DNA of 64,000 nt from Lytechinus pictus (taxonomy: Eukaryota), in assembly GCF_037042905.1 (NCBI RefSeq), contig NC_087245.1:5458001-5522000 (forward strand), read 5' to 3'. Shown here piece after piece: positions 50,638 to 63,551 of the stretch. A program made the translations under genes and the position numbers. A model generated the notes under the pieces. It saw nothing but the letters and a program-made list of their open reading frames with translations. It ran no database searches and had not been told where the DNA came from. Positions within the stretch are counted from its first letter, which is position 1. Each line of letters begins with the position of its first letter.

Positions 50638-51204
50638 CAATACGATATACGTGACTATACTAATAGTACGGTAGCCTAGCCTAAATTTCTAAAAGTGAAG
50701 TTCAAATTTCAGTCTTCAGACGTGCAAACATGACCATTCCCCGCCCCTCCCCCGGCCGCGCGTTTCCGTTTTACACCCTGGCGAAGGCAATTTCCGTAAA
50801 AATAGCTACAAAGCGACTAGTGAAGAGTCTACACACGTCGCTGGTTAGATATGCACATAACACTGCACCGCATGCAATCTACACAGCCACTGAAAATAGC
50901 ACAGTGTTCAGTGGCTACGCGGCCACGGCACTTAATGTACAGAGAGCAGTCATATGGATTAAATCCGAACATATTTTGCCGTGGCGTTTGTATCCCGATG
51001 CACAAGGAGGTGAAAAACCTACAATTCGGGCAAAAAAAGTAGCCAAAATTAATTTAGAAAGCAGTAATAATAATGTTAAGACAAGAATAATAACAATAGT
51101 ACAAAACGAAGGAGAATCTACAGCATCATACAAGTCCAGTTGTTTTAAATTGTTTCAAAATGATTCTAAGCGATGAATTAAAATCCCAATATACTGCTTC
51201 TGCA

Positions 51205-51212
51205 ACGACTAT

Positions 51213-51255
<43 letters not shown>

Positions 51256-51960
51256 GACTAATTATAACAATGATGATAATAGACTACTACTACTACTACT
51301 ACTACTCACTCGATCATAGTACTACTCACTACTATACTACTACTACTAGTACTACTACTACTACTACTACTACAATTCTTACATGTAATGATAATATTGA
51401 TGATGATAAGAAGAAGAAAACTTGGAAGAAGAAGGTCAAAGGCGAAGAAGAACAAGAACAAAAAAATTTAATACTTATAAATAATTAATAATATACTACT
51501 ACTACTACTACTACCAATAATAATAATAATCTTACATGTACTACTACTATACTATTTCTATACTACTAATTCTGTTCATAAAAACAATGGCGCTAACAAT
51601 AATAATAATAATAGTAGTGATAATAATAATAGTAATCATGATAATATTGACAAACTATGTAATTAATAATTAATAACAGTTTCAAAATGATGCTAATGAT
51701 AATAAAGTATACTACTTCTACGACATGATAAAAACATAACAATAATAATAATAATTATAATCATAATAATAATAACAATAATAATAAATTATAATAATAT
51801 TGATAATATATAACTACATTAACTACTCTATTGTACTATTACTACTACTACCACGACGACTACTAATAATACTAATTGAATAATACTACTAAAATAATCA
51901 CCACTACAACTAATTATAATTATAATATGAAAACAAAGTAAAAACTACTTGTATAGCAAT
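51205..51960. repeat. (TAC)n/(TAA)n microsatellite and low-complexity tract
   Basis: Runs of TACTAC, AATAAT and GAAGAA. Confidence 0.95.
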
Positions 51961-54900
51961 TTATAATCAACAAAATCATAAAAAGTGTTGTCCAGTTAGT
52001 TTCCCCTTAAAGGGATCGTCCAGGCTGAAAATATTTCTATTTTAATAAATAGAGTAAAATTCACAGAGCAAAATGCTGAAAATTTTATCAAAATCGGATA
52101 ACAAATAATGAAGTTCCAGTTTCATCAATATGATAGCTGTTCTGTTGTCGCGATAATGAGAACTGGTAACAGATGGACAGACAAACGGTGCACAAACAGA
52201 TGGAAAACATGATGCTTCCAGCAACTTCACTGTAGTAAAAAAATCCAATCACTGTTATTGCAGTAACATTTACGGTAAGACAGACAGATTTTATTATGGA
52301 ACACCTGATACCATGGTTATCAGGTGTTCCTGATAAAAAGCACTGCTTTTTAGTGGATCCCTCCATTTTCTCAGAATTTTGTTTTATAATGGTTATGATA
52401 TTTTTCTTATATATAATACTCTGTTACTTACTGTTACTTATAGATAAATATCATATATTGTACATGCCTCAATTTATTTTGCCTGTATGATAAGTTCATT
52501 GTAACTATTTTGACCACATGCATTACTTTGTTCTGTTGATAATGCAATAAAATAAATTGAATTGAATTGAATTAATGGTGTAGACTGGAGGCATAAAAAG
52601 AAAATAGATTCTTAAATTTATATATTTTTCATATTAACTGTTTTGATAAGTTTTGTCATTTTTTAGGACTTTCACTATACCTGCATGCCCCGAATATACC
52701 ATCTTCAAACTACAGTACTTTACATCAAACAAAGTTTAATTTCTTGCCAACAACTGAAAACATAAATTTTATTTGAACACATATTCATCAAACTTGTAAG
52801 AATCTTAATCTTACATTACAATGCATCAACAAACATTGTCTTACTCTTATATACCTATAATAATGATTGCTTTTCTTTCATATAAAAATAAACAAAAAAA
52901 GGTCTATTTTACATCCTACTCATATAATAATGCAGTGTCATACCACAACATGCAACAATGGTGACGGAATATGTTATTCTTCTTCCATGACAGTGAGAGG
53001 GCAAATTACCAGCAATTCGGCAAAGGCAAATGATCAAGGCAAACGTTCGTGTTGAACATGCATTTGTATATGTTCTGCATATTTCTTCGGTGCGGACTTT
53101 TAAGTTTTGCATCGCGTGCGCGCCCAGCTGATAATGTACACCAACGAACGTAGAGGGCAGCAACACACAAGCGTCAAGGCCCTATATAAACAAGGTTGCG
53201 ACAACAGGGGTCAAAGGTCAAATTTGAAGGATCTCGAATAGTTCCAACCGGGCCTTTTTGTCGACTGCTACCATTGGAAATGCGTGCAAAATTTTGAATC
53301 ATTTTTTATAATTATATCGGAAATCGACGTTAGAAATTCATTTTTACACTGCACATCCATATCAATATATTAGCGACCACCTAAATTTATCAAATTTGTA
53401 CAATCTTATAACAAAATCCGTGAAATATCGTTGATTTGAAAAATGGCAACCGAGTTCGTCGCAAGCCGCAAATGCTCACTGCTGCTGGTAGCGAGCGGGA
53501 CGCTGCACTAATTTTCCCCGGAACTGTCGGGCTGGATGTAAGGTTCTGCTGGCCCCCCACGGGTCGTTTGGAGAGCGAGAGGTGAGTATGTACCGGAATG
53601 TCATGTGGTGCCATAAATACTAGTTTCATGTCCTAAATTCTTATTGTAGATTTTGCGCCGTTGAAAATTTAGCTGAATTTGATTTTTTTTACCAGAGCAC
53701 TCAAAAACATGAATGATTATTTTGAGCATATCTTTGTGCTTGTCTTTCTTTACTAGTTTGAGTTTGACTGAGTGGGCCCTTATTCCTTAATTTATTTATT
53801 TTTTATTTTATTTCTGATATTTAACATGTTTAAATAGGCCACAGGGCGGCACATATCATCAACTTGGTGGTTTTCCATGTGGCCCTATTAACAAAAAGTA
53901 CAGCAAAAAATGTTACTAGATCTATTAATAATACCAAATAGATCTAACGTTAGATCTAGATCTACATGCAGTGAGTTGAAATAAACATGACAAAATGTAC
54001 AGGCAAAAAATGTATGCAAACATGTTATAAGAAAGATTATTGGTATCCTTAATTGGGAATTATGTTCATTTAATATTAAAATCAACTCCTATGACAATTT
54101 GAATCAAGCTTGTGAATTTAGATTTTGAAGATGAAACATATATTGCCTATTAATTGATGGAAAGTGAGATAAGTGCTGTGCAGAATGCAGATATTCAATT
54201 CTACTAACCTTATTTTTAATAAGAACAAAATTAATTTCAAGAATTCAATTCATTTTGGGGGCTTGGGGCCAATGCATAAAATGAATTTACAACCAGGACT
54301 GTACCAATTAGTGAAGTGCTTTATCCAGTTTAGATCAAAAGAACATAAAAAAAGAAAGTAAATATTTATTCATTTCAATCACCACACAGCACAAGGTTTA
54401 CAGGATAACGTTAGGTTACTTATAATTATAAAATTTTACATTGGATAAGTGGTCTTGTCAGTTGTCACCAGAATAAGGCTAGTGCTAGTTTCCCCTTATA
54501 TTCCTATCGCTACAGAATTTTTCATAGCGTTCTTAATATTTCTACCCTTTATGCCCTGTAAAAACATACCATGGTGTTCTTTGGATTTTATACCATTTCA
54601 ATGCCTTACATACATGTACCTCGTTGCTGTCGAGATCAACATGCTTTATTTTATTTTCATATATGATACAGGCCAGGGTTATCCTTATAGTTGCCACCGT
54701 GATGTAAAACTATTCCGAAGGAAAGTGAAATACCCAAGTAGGCCTAGTACAGTACTAGACCAAAAGCTTTAGTATCTGTATCTGGTTGTTTTGCTGAACT
54801 GTGTTGGCTTCTCTCACTTAGTAAAATGTCAGAAATTGTTAAATAAATCCCTAGAAATGGTTATTCCTGTCTAGCCTAATACCAATTTGGCTATAAACTC

Positions 54901-55512
54901 TTTGTTGTGTACTGGGTGAGTTCAATTCTCACGAGGCATATTCGAACATCATTGACCACCAAGTCTATGATAACCCTAAATGCTTTCATGGTGTCAGTAC
55001 ATGGACAAATGAGTTTAGTAATCCAGTTGGTTTGCATGTAGCTTCCTTTTTTTTTTTAATATTACTTTCATTTCTGCACTGCCAATACTTTGCACATTTT
55101 CTAGACCAAAAATCTTCAATCTCTGTACCATCTCAGATGTTGTTCTGGAAGTTTCCATGGCAAAAAAGAATAGTGTAGCAAAAAACATCTGAGATAGTGT
55201 AGTAGGTTTCATGGTCATCATGTATCTTTCTTGGGCAAATGTTGGTCCTGAAAAGGACCACCCAATCTTGACGTTGCGACAAGTGTGTTCTTGTTGTCCT
55301 ACTCATGCCTTGTGTACTGAAAGCCCTCTCGCTCAGACAGCAAGTATTGTATGTGCTAGTCCTTACGTGGAGCCACACTTAGAACAAGTTTCATTCGGTC
55401 TGTGCCTGCAGACTAAACTAATGTGGCCATGGCACCTCCTCACCCATCCAACGCCATATAAAGTTCATATTGGCATTAAAATGTATTTGCTTAATAAAAC
55501 AACCTCTTTACA

Positions 55513-55930
55513 CCCTTGTAAAAAAGTACTGCGATTACCGCGGTACTACTGCGGTACTACCACAGTACTACTGCGGTACAATTGAAGTACTTGTAGTACC
55601 GCGGTACTACCGCGGTACTACCGTGGTACTTATGCAGTAGTACCGCAGTACAATTGAAGTACTTGTAGAACCGTGGTACTATCGTGGTACTACCGTGGTA
55701 CTTATGAAGTAGTACCGCAGTACAATTGAAGTACTTGTAGAACCGTGGTACTATCGTGGTACTACCGTGGTACTTCCGTGGTACTTATGCAGTAGTACCG
55801 CAGTACAATTGAAGTACTTGTAGAACCGTGGTACTATCGTGGTACTACCGTGGTACTCTTGCAATAGTACCGCGGTACAATTGAAGTACTTGTAGAACCG
55901 TGGTACTATCGTGGTACTACCGTGGTACTC
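55513..55930 (+). mobile_element. Left end of an EnSpm/CACTA-like transposon with a subterminal tandem array
   Basis: CCCTTGTAAAAAAG terminus followed by 72-bp units (GTACAATTGAAGTAC at 55576, 55648, 55720, 55803, 55875) built from 11-bp CCGTGGTACTA subunits. Confidence 0.65.
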
Positions 55931-56429
55931 CTAATCACTAAATATGGCTCAGAATATGCTTATTATCTGTATCAACATCCATTTTTACTAAATAAACTGG
56001 TTTTTAACATTACAAATTGTGATAGCCAACAAATTCCTCATGTATTTCTTGGTTTTTAATTTCTTATGTATTTGTTTGATATTATATTTTTTTTGTTTTT
56101 CTTTTTATGGAAAAAAAATTGAACATTATTCAACAACTTTTAGCCCCAAATCAAATGATTGCAGTGATGAAAAAGAAAAATAATGAGGGTTTTGACTATT
56201 CTTTGAAAAAAAAAACAATTCCCACAGGATTTGTACACAAATCACAAAATTTGGCCAGTTATGGTCTGCACTGACTAACTAAAAGCTCGTAATTTCAGAA
56301 CAGTATACCCGTTCATCACAAACGTAAAATTGGTCTCAACAGATGCACAAGACTTCAATGAAAAAACTCATGAAGTTAGTGATCTATAATTAAGCTACAC
56401 GGGATAATTGTTTGACAATCGTGATCACC

Positions 56430-56544
56430 TGAAGGACGCATGCGCGTATCTCGAAAAATCACGTGACGCGCGTGCACCTTTTTTATTGGATCGTAGAAAG
56501 GCGCGCGCGATCGTCTATTTTTCATTCAAGATCTCAGCCTCACT
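56430..56544 (+). promoter_or_regulatory. CpG-rich promoter-like segment upstream of ATG 56545
   Basis: GCATGCGCG, E-box TCACGTGAC (~56459) and GGCGCGCGCG in an otherwise CpG-poor background. Confidence 0.45.
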
Positions 56545-56746
56545 ATGCCGCCACCAGCTTCAGACGAGTTCTTCTGTCTTTTTGAATTTGAAAGCGATGA
56601 CAGCGTCGAAATTGGACCATTTTCTTGGATATTAGACACGGACAAGGATGTGGATCCTGAAAGCTATGTCGATCAAGCTGTTGAAGTTATGTGGGTCAGT
56701 GGCAGCAAAACGGAGAAGTATCGAGCAACAGTGTTGGCTGTAAATA
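56545..56746 (+). CDS. Exon 1 of a spliced gene (BEN-protein-like N-terminal domain; probably a transposon accessory protein)
   Basis: MPPPASDEFFCLFEFESDDSVEIGPFSWI...VEVMWVSGSKTEKYRATVLAVN; donor A|GTAAGT, phase 1. Confidence 0.8.
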
Positions 56747-57452
56747 GTAAGTCCGTACGGTGTACCCATGCAACTCAGTCCCATGCATCATGCATGCATT
56801 ACTATACGATAATTGTGGTCATACATATTTACAATGACGTACATGTCAACGAATAATGTCAAAAATACATATTCTCTGCATAAAATCAAATTGAAAATTA
56901 TATGATCGGCTGCACAATCTCATAATGAACACATCTGATGTCATACAATATTTAAGTCTAAAGAATTTAACGTAGGCCTACATATTTTTCTTCAAGTTCA
57001 AATCGACTTTCAAATAGGCCTAGATCTAAACCTTCCAAAAAGAAACTGCGTCTGCGAAGCCGAAGACAAACGTGTGCATGGCCATGGGAATGTAACATTA
57101 TTGTTGACATGCTCACTCACTGCCACCATTCCTAATCCTATATATTCTTGTCATATGTGTAAAACACCTTGTGTATGTTAGTAGATCTACTTGTGACTCA
57201 TTATTAACCCATCAAGGACGAGAGCTATTTAAAGCCTAAAGGCTAAAGGCCAAATTGATCATTGTTTTCCTCTACAAATTGGCAACTCGTATTTGTCGTA
57301 AATTTTGTTGGCCATTATTCGTTAAAATATCACTACCATCCCACAAATATGCGGGGCTTAGCCTTAGGCACTGATGGGTTAACAGTCAATTGACATGGTC
57401 CATTGACTTGTAGGGCCTACCACTACCAGTATTACAGTCAATGTACTATTAA

Positions 57453-57948
57453 AGGGGAAGTTCACCCTGACAAAAAGTTTATTGTAAAAATAGCAGAAAA
57501 AATAATAAAAAATATTGCCGAAGGTTTGAGAAAAATTCATCAAATAATTAAAAAGTTATTGGAATTTCAATTATTTGATTTGTGACGTCATATGCGAGCA
57601 GCATTCCTACATAGCGAATGGTAAAAAATCAATGAAATGTCATTTTCTCAGAAAATTGAAAATGGTTTTCACTGTACCTTTTGTATATCAATAGACAAAT
57701 CATTTCACACCCGATCATGAATAGAAAACGAAATTAAGTCATCAGGAACCATACAAAATTTGAAATTCATGCATTTTATATTACATGACACATGGGGCAG
57801 CTGCTCGTTTATGACGTCACAAATCCAAACTTTGAACTCTAATAACTTTCTTACTCTTTAACAGATTTTCCTCAAACCTTCACCAATATTTTTTACTATT
57901 TTTTCTGCTATTTTTACTACAAAGTTTTCTTCAGGGTGAACTTCCCCT
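57453..57948. mobile_element. TTAA-flanked MITE (Kolobok-like); a right-end fragment of the same family lies at ~11368-11436
   Basis: TTAA|AGGGGAAGTTCACCCTGA ... TCAGGGTGAACTTCCCCT|TTAA. Confidence 0.92.
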
Positions 57949-57992
57949 TTAATTAGATCTATATTGATTCAAATTGTTATTTTGGTAAAAAA

Positions 57993-58541
57993 AGGTCTAC
58001 AATTGCACACCCCCCTGGCATTTCAACAAATATTTGGCCGATTGAAATTTGCACAAATTGATGCTCTAACTAATAATGATTGATATGTGACAAAAATTTC
58101 AAAGAAATTCGAAGGCGGGAACTCACGATATCGCCTTATCGGTGTCAACATGGCAATGGCTGCGATTGCGATGCCGATGGAGAGTAGTTGTTGCCTCCGA
58201 TCGTACAACCAATTGTGATGGATCACAAACAATTATAACGCTGTGAGTGTGATAACATTAACAAGACTTTTTACATTTTTTTCTGTTATTTTTTCCCTTA
58301 TAATTTATATTCATAATGGAAAAAAGTTTATCACATGTTATGATCAGCGTTATTATTGTTTGGGATTGATCACAATTGGTTGTACGATCGGAGGCAACAA
58401 CTACTCTCCATTGCGATCGCATTGGATGTCGATGCCGATATCGTAATGTATTAATCATTATTAGAGCATCAATTTGTGCAAATTTCATCTCAATCGGCCA
58501 TACACTTTTGAAATGCCAGGGGGGTGTGCAATTGTAGACCT
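57993..58541. mobile_element. Nearly fully palindromic MITE (Harbinger-like AGG terminus)
   Basis: AGGTCTACAATTGCACACCCCCCTGGCATTTCAA and its exact reverse complement; internal arms GGAGAGTAGTTGTTGCCTCCGATCGTACAACCAATTGTGAT also inverted. Confidence 0.9.
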
Positions 58542-58778
58542 TTAGGCTTTACCGTTATTTTTGTTAACTGAATTTGACTTTGTATTTGAATGTTCTACTA
58601 GCTACTCTTCTATATTATAAACATTGTCTGTGATTTATGTTCTGATGTTCGTACATTGCCATGATGTTGGTATATTGCAGTGAGTGCGATGTAAACAGTG
58701 GCACTGACCACATGATCACGTAGTACTAGTAAATTTCCAAGACCAAGCCTCACATGCATTATCAACATGTCTGTTATT

Positions 58779-58919
58779 TAACTCCGGGCATCGCTAGCAG
58801 ATTTTTTTTTTTTTTTTTTTTTAAATTATTTTAAAGCAGTTTTTCGCTGCGCATTACTCCCATTAGACATTTTTGGCTCCGGATCACTAGCGCTGTCGCG
58901 CTAGCGATCCCCGGAGTTA
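58779..58919. mobile_element. Short MITE with TAACTCCG termini
   Basis: TAACTCCGGGCATCGCTAGC ... GCTAGCGATCCCCGGAGTTA. Confidence 0.75.
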
Positions 58920-58928
58920 CATGTCTGT

Positions 58929-59230
58929 TAACTCCGAGGATTGCCACGCGATCCGAATCCACTCAAAAGTGAACAAAAAAAGTTCACATTTGTGCAGCTG
59001 AATTCAGCTTTAAAATAATAAAATCATGCAATACTTAATTACCACCAAAATATGACGCAATATGCTAGCTTTGCTGTGCCTCCATAAAAGAATCGGATTT
59101 CCCCCTCCATTCGGCACAAATTCAGTCATTTAATGGCTTCCGAGACTTCCCTCCCGTGGCCAACTGCACAAATGTGAACTTTTTTAGTTTTTTGTTCACT
59201 TTTGAGTGGATTCGGATCGCCCCAGAGTTA
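58929..59230. mobile_element. MITE with TAACTC termini and 7-bp TGTCTGT flanking repeat
   Basis: Inverted arms GCGATCCGAATCCACTCAAAAGTGAACAAAAA; TGTCTGT at 58922-58928 and 59231-59237. Confidence 0.8.
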
Positions 59231-59533
59231 TGTCTGTATGTGTGGCGCTGACGAGCTGCATGAATGATGAGGTAGGTACTAGAAATTGACAATCTGACAT
59301 AAACATGATTATGTGCATGATTATTTTTTAGAAGTGCCCTAGCCTGTTAAAAAAATTTTTCGGGGTCTCCCTGATATGTTAAAGCAATTATCATGATTAT
59401 GGAGACATTTGAAAAGTGATTTTTGTATTAATTATTTCCATAAACCAAACCAAATGAGGAGTGGGAAAGCTCCAAGTGAGTTTGTTTGAAATTGTATAGT
59501 TAATTTTTTAATTTGTTTCAAAATTGTTTAAAG

Positions 59534-59706
59534 GATCCAAGGATAATCTCATCAGAAAAAGGAACAAGATGTGTGACGGGCAATCAATGGAGACTGATAA
59601 GGAAACTGGGAGAGGGAAGAGAAAGAAGAAACCAACACGCACATACATGTATTCATCTTCGGAGTTGGAGACGGATGATGAGGAGCCTCAACCAAAAGAA
59701 ACAAAG
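59534..59706 (+). CDS. Exon 2 of the same gene (basic NLS-like and acidic tract)
   Basis: Phase-1 acceptor fits exon 1; SKDNLIRKRNKMC...GRGKRKKKP...ELETDDEEPQPKETK; donor AAG|GTGTGT. Confidence 0.8.
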
Positions 59707-60168
59707 GTGTGTGTACATGTGTCATATGATATCCCAACACTGGAAGTAATTTTTGATGACTGACAGATTAACAAAATCTTTCTATCCAGTTATCATTTAC
59801 AAACTCATCAACAAACATAGTCAATAAATCCTTTACAGTTTACAGAAATAACATTGTTGGCTTTGTTTCAATATTATGCAGCTCAATCATATTTATAAAC
59901 AAATGTTCTGGTTAAAATGTATAAGGAGGGATATTTGTTTTCAATTTGTAGAAACAGAATAACATGTTTTTGCTCTTTTTTTAAATTTCTTGGGTGCTTA
60001 ATACAGATGGTTCTAAGCGTCTACATATTGCTAAATTTTTCTTCATGAAGTAACTGCAATCGCCAATGGTTGTGTAACTTGTGTGCCTAGACAATTCCCA
60101 AGATGCTAAACAGTACTATTTAAAAAAAATCATAAAATTGTTTTTACTTCTATCTTTTCCTTTTTCAG

Positions 60169-60246
60169 AAATCAAAATCAAAAATTTCACAGTGCAATGA
60201 GATGGCCAGGGATCTCAGGAAGCAAATGTTTGGTGCCAATGAAACG
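60169..60246 (+). CDS. Exon 3 of the same gene
   Basis: Pyrimidine tract tttcctttttcAG; KSKSKISQCNEMARDLRKQMFGANET; |GTATGT; 78 nt, phase 0/0. Confidence 0.75.
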
Positions 60247-60399
60247 GTATGTGCAGCTATTTAAACACCTTGGAATTGCAACTTGCAAGCGTGATTAATC
60301 TAAGGTACCTGTTGATGCATAGTAAGCTATAAGTTTGTTCACATATGCAAAGTGTCCTAAAATCACTGTTATATGACAATTAACTAAATGCTCAGTCCT

Positions 60400-63101
60400 G
60401 GGCAAGTCCAAGATAACGCGCGTGTTACGTATGGGACATTTCAGAGGCTTTTATTTCCAGAAAAATGGTGTAAAGGAACTTTGATTGCATTGAATTTAAC
60501 CATGGTGATTGATATCCAGGAGAAGTGTATTCATGTAAAAAATTGTGAGAAATGACCTTGACAATGAGATTTTAGAAGAGAAAATGTGTGCTGTTACGTA
60601 TGGGACCAGAAGAAAAGAGATTTTTTAAATTTCTTTTTTAAGTTGAAATTGCTCAGAAAGTATTTCATTTAAAACCTTGAAACTCACTGTGATAAAAGTC
60701 ACAGCACTCAAGTTTACCAAGGATAAATTTCATGTAAAAAGGCAGAAAGCTCTAAGTACAGGCTCTGATTAAAGACAGATATGACGTGTTACGTATGGGA
60801 CATTTTTTCCCCTATTCGTTTAGTGTGTGGAAAGCGTATATTGGATTTTTGGTCTGGTTACCAAAGTGAAATAAGCTGTAATTAATCAGATTTGTTTGCA
60901 AATTGTCAGGAAAATGAAATTCCAATAAAATTTACAACCATAATCATATTTGATTATATTTTTCATTTTTATCTATTTTGTTTCATACGGGCATGCTGCT
61001 AATCAACCACTAACTGATTTGAACATGTATTTACTAGTGCTAATTATTATAGAAGTTTTGATGATATTTTTTTGTTTTTTTTATTTGGGGGTGGGGGCAA
61101 TTTTTATACATTCACTGGGCTTTTAAGTTGTATAATTAAACTGTGTGAAAATGCCTTTTCTATTGTTCAAGAAGAACCACTTGAGTAATACCAGCTATAG
61201 ATCTACAAACAAGTATGATCATTCTGTGCGAATATAATGAACCACCGTGCACCGTTCTTGGTCTATATTAGTGTATTTTCCCTAAATATGAAATGCCATG
61301 AAACAGTTGCATGATTTCTAAAATGAAAGCATACACACCCTTGCTTTTATCAAATACATCTTTACTACCTGTAGATTTAATCTTGAACAGGGGGGCCACA
61401 ATATGAAATAATACACAGTTAAAATTCTTGATGTTGTCACAGTTTCTAACAAAACTTTTCTGAAAGGCTATTTTTTATGGGCATCTTCTGCATCATCACA
61501 TAATTTTTGTAAAATTTGTTCTTTTTTTTTTTTTGTTATCCCTCTTCACTGTATTTATCTTACTCAGTAGCTACACTTTCCTCTGTAAAGATGTGAATTT
61601 CTTGATTGGTAGTAACTGGTGGAGGTAAAAAAAAAAAATCTGTCTCTGGTTCATTAGCAAAGCTGAACTTTGTTTTGCAAGACTTGTTTTCTTCCTCATG
61701 ATTCCGAGGCTGACAGTAATGGCAACTGTCTGATTGTCATATATTTTCACCTTTCTTACAAATTAATAAATAAGAGGGTATTTTTAAATCAAATTATAGC
61801 ATTCTTTCAATCTGAATCAGGTTCTTCTGGATGGCTTAATGTTGTTGCATTTCTTGAAGAACAAATGTGCTCCTTCATATTCAGATTGTTCTCAAATGAA
61901 GTGATGACTTCTGTATGGATTATGCTCTACCTAAATTAATATATTTTACACATTTCATGCTGATTTATTTTACCTACCTCTCCCCATTTAGAATGCAGCA
62001 GTCTAGTATTGTCTCAAGACAGTGGCTGCAAGATTGGGATGCATGCTGCAGGCTCATTGACCATTCATGTACTGAGAAACTATTGATGCCTGCTGCATGT
62101 ACATTCGCATGCAATATATATGGGGATGTCCCATACGTAACACATTGTCACATACGTAACATTATTTCATTTGCTAATTAAAAATGGGTCTAATTGTTAT
62201 TTCTTTTCTTTCTAACCAGTATCTAACTTCTTAACACAATAAATTAGAACTTCCCAGAATAGCACTGCAATAACTTTTACAAATTCAGAAATAAACTAAA
62301 AAAATGTCCTCAATTTGTTACGTATGGGACAATCGCTGATAGGACGCGACCTAATTTGCATAATTAATTGCGTCGTGCATAAATTTTCATACCAAATTAA
62401 AATAGATGATGAACCTCTTAGGTCCACATATTAATAAAATTTCAATTGTGTTCCTTTAAAGGTGTAGATCAGTAGTGGTTTAGGAACTCGAAATGTATTT
62501 GAAATCAGGTTAATGGGTATTTATATAAAGAAAACATCATTAAAGAACTATCGTGGAATTTTGGACACCTAATTTTACTTCTGTGTGATTTTATGAATGA
62601 AAAAAGGTTGATCTTGTATCCATCGAAGAGCGAAAATTCGTTCGTAAAATTCAAATATCAATACACACGGCCGTTATCGACTTTTGTACGTGGGCCACGT
62701 ACAAAAGTAAATATCTGTTTTCTTTGATATTTCAGCCATTTCTGAACCGATTTTGATCAAATAAACGTGACATTTGTTTAAAATTAATGATCTTACTTCA
62801 GTATTTTTAGTTATTTTCATTCCAGCTCCCAAAATAGTTAAATGGTTCCAACGCCCTCTCGCCCACTACTGATCTTCCTCTTTAAATAATAATGATTTTT
62901 TATATTTGTCCCATACGTAACACAGCATTTCTAATTTATGCAAATTAAGTCACTGAAATTTGCATAAATTTGCATGATACAATTTATTCCTTCACAGAAT
63001 TTTAAATTTCAACTATCATGCTTCAAAATGACACCAAACATTTCAATGTTGAGCAAAGATGAAATTTTGTCTTCTCAGGGGACCTTATCTTGGACTTGCC
63101 C
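60400..63101. mobile_element. Sola2-like non-autonomous DNA transposon in intron 3
   Basis: TCCT|GGGCAAGTCCAAGATAA ... TTATCTTGGACTTGCCC|TCCT (4-bp TSD, GRG terminus); six copies of TGTTACGTATGGGAC in both orientations. Confidence 0.8.
62460..62881. mobile_element. TTAA-flanked MITE nested in the Sola-like element
   Basis: TTAA|AGGTGTAGATCAGTAGTGG ... CCACTACTGATCTTCCTCT|TTAA. Confidence 0.75.
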
Positions 63102-63382
63102 TCCTATTGATTGCTACAATTTTAACACATTTGAATGAATCCTTTAAAATTTTCATTGAACATATTTAGCTAAGTAATTAAACATTATAAATGTACAAAG
63201 TCAATATATTTAGTTAGATAAGTATGCTAATTGCCATGTAAAATCTTACAAATCCTAATTCACAGTGAAACCTTGTTATTGGTCAAAATTAACTAAATCC
63301 TGTTATGACGAGGTAATTGCGCTGGTTCACATTCATAAACCATACTTTTTAACTAGTGTCCGATTTGTTATCATTCTGACAG

Positions 63383-63551
63383 AAAAAATCAAATGGACGT
63401 ACGGCAACGGGAAGTGGAACAAGTGGTGAGATAATTGACCTGAAAAAGCAGTTGGAGAAATCAAGGAGAGAGACTGAGGATCTGCAGGTGAAGCTGACTA
63501 AGGAGAAGGCAGTTAGGGAAAAGATACAGCAACAGCTGTTGTTTTTGCAAG
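63383..63551 (+). CDS. Exon 4 of the same gene (coiled coil); gene continues beyond the window
   Basis: ctgacAG|KKSNG...EIIDLKKQLEKSRRETEDLQVKLTKEKAVREKIQQQLLFLQ g|GTACAG; phase 0 to 1. Confidence 0.78.

Noticed and set aside
50730..51176. 148-aa ORF
   Set aside because: No recognisable domain or splice structure, and it runs into low-complexity DNA.
53443..53581. Possible first exon (AAAATGGCA ... G|GTGAGT)
   Set aside because: In-frame stop after 22 codons and no downstream exon identified; may be non-coding or a TE relic, so left uncalled.
54880..55480. Coding-like minus-strand segment
   Set aside because: Multiple stops and no family motif I can name.
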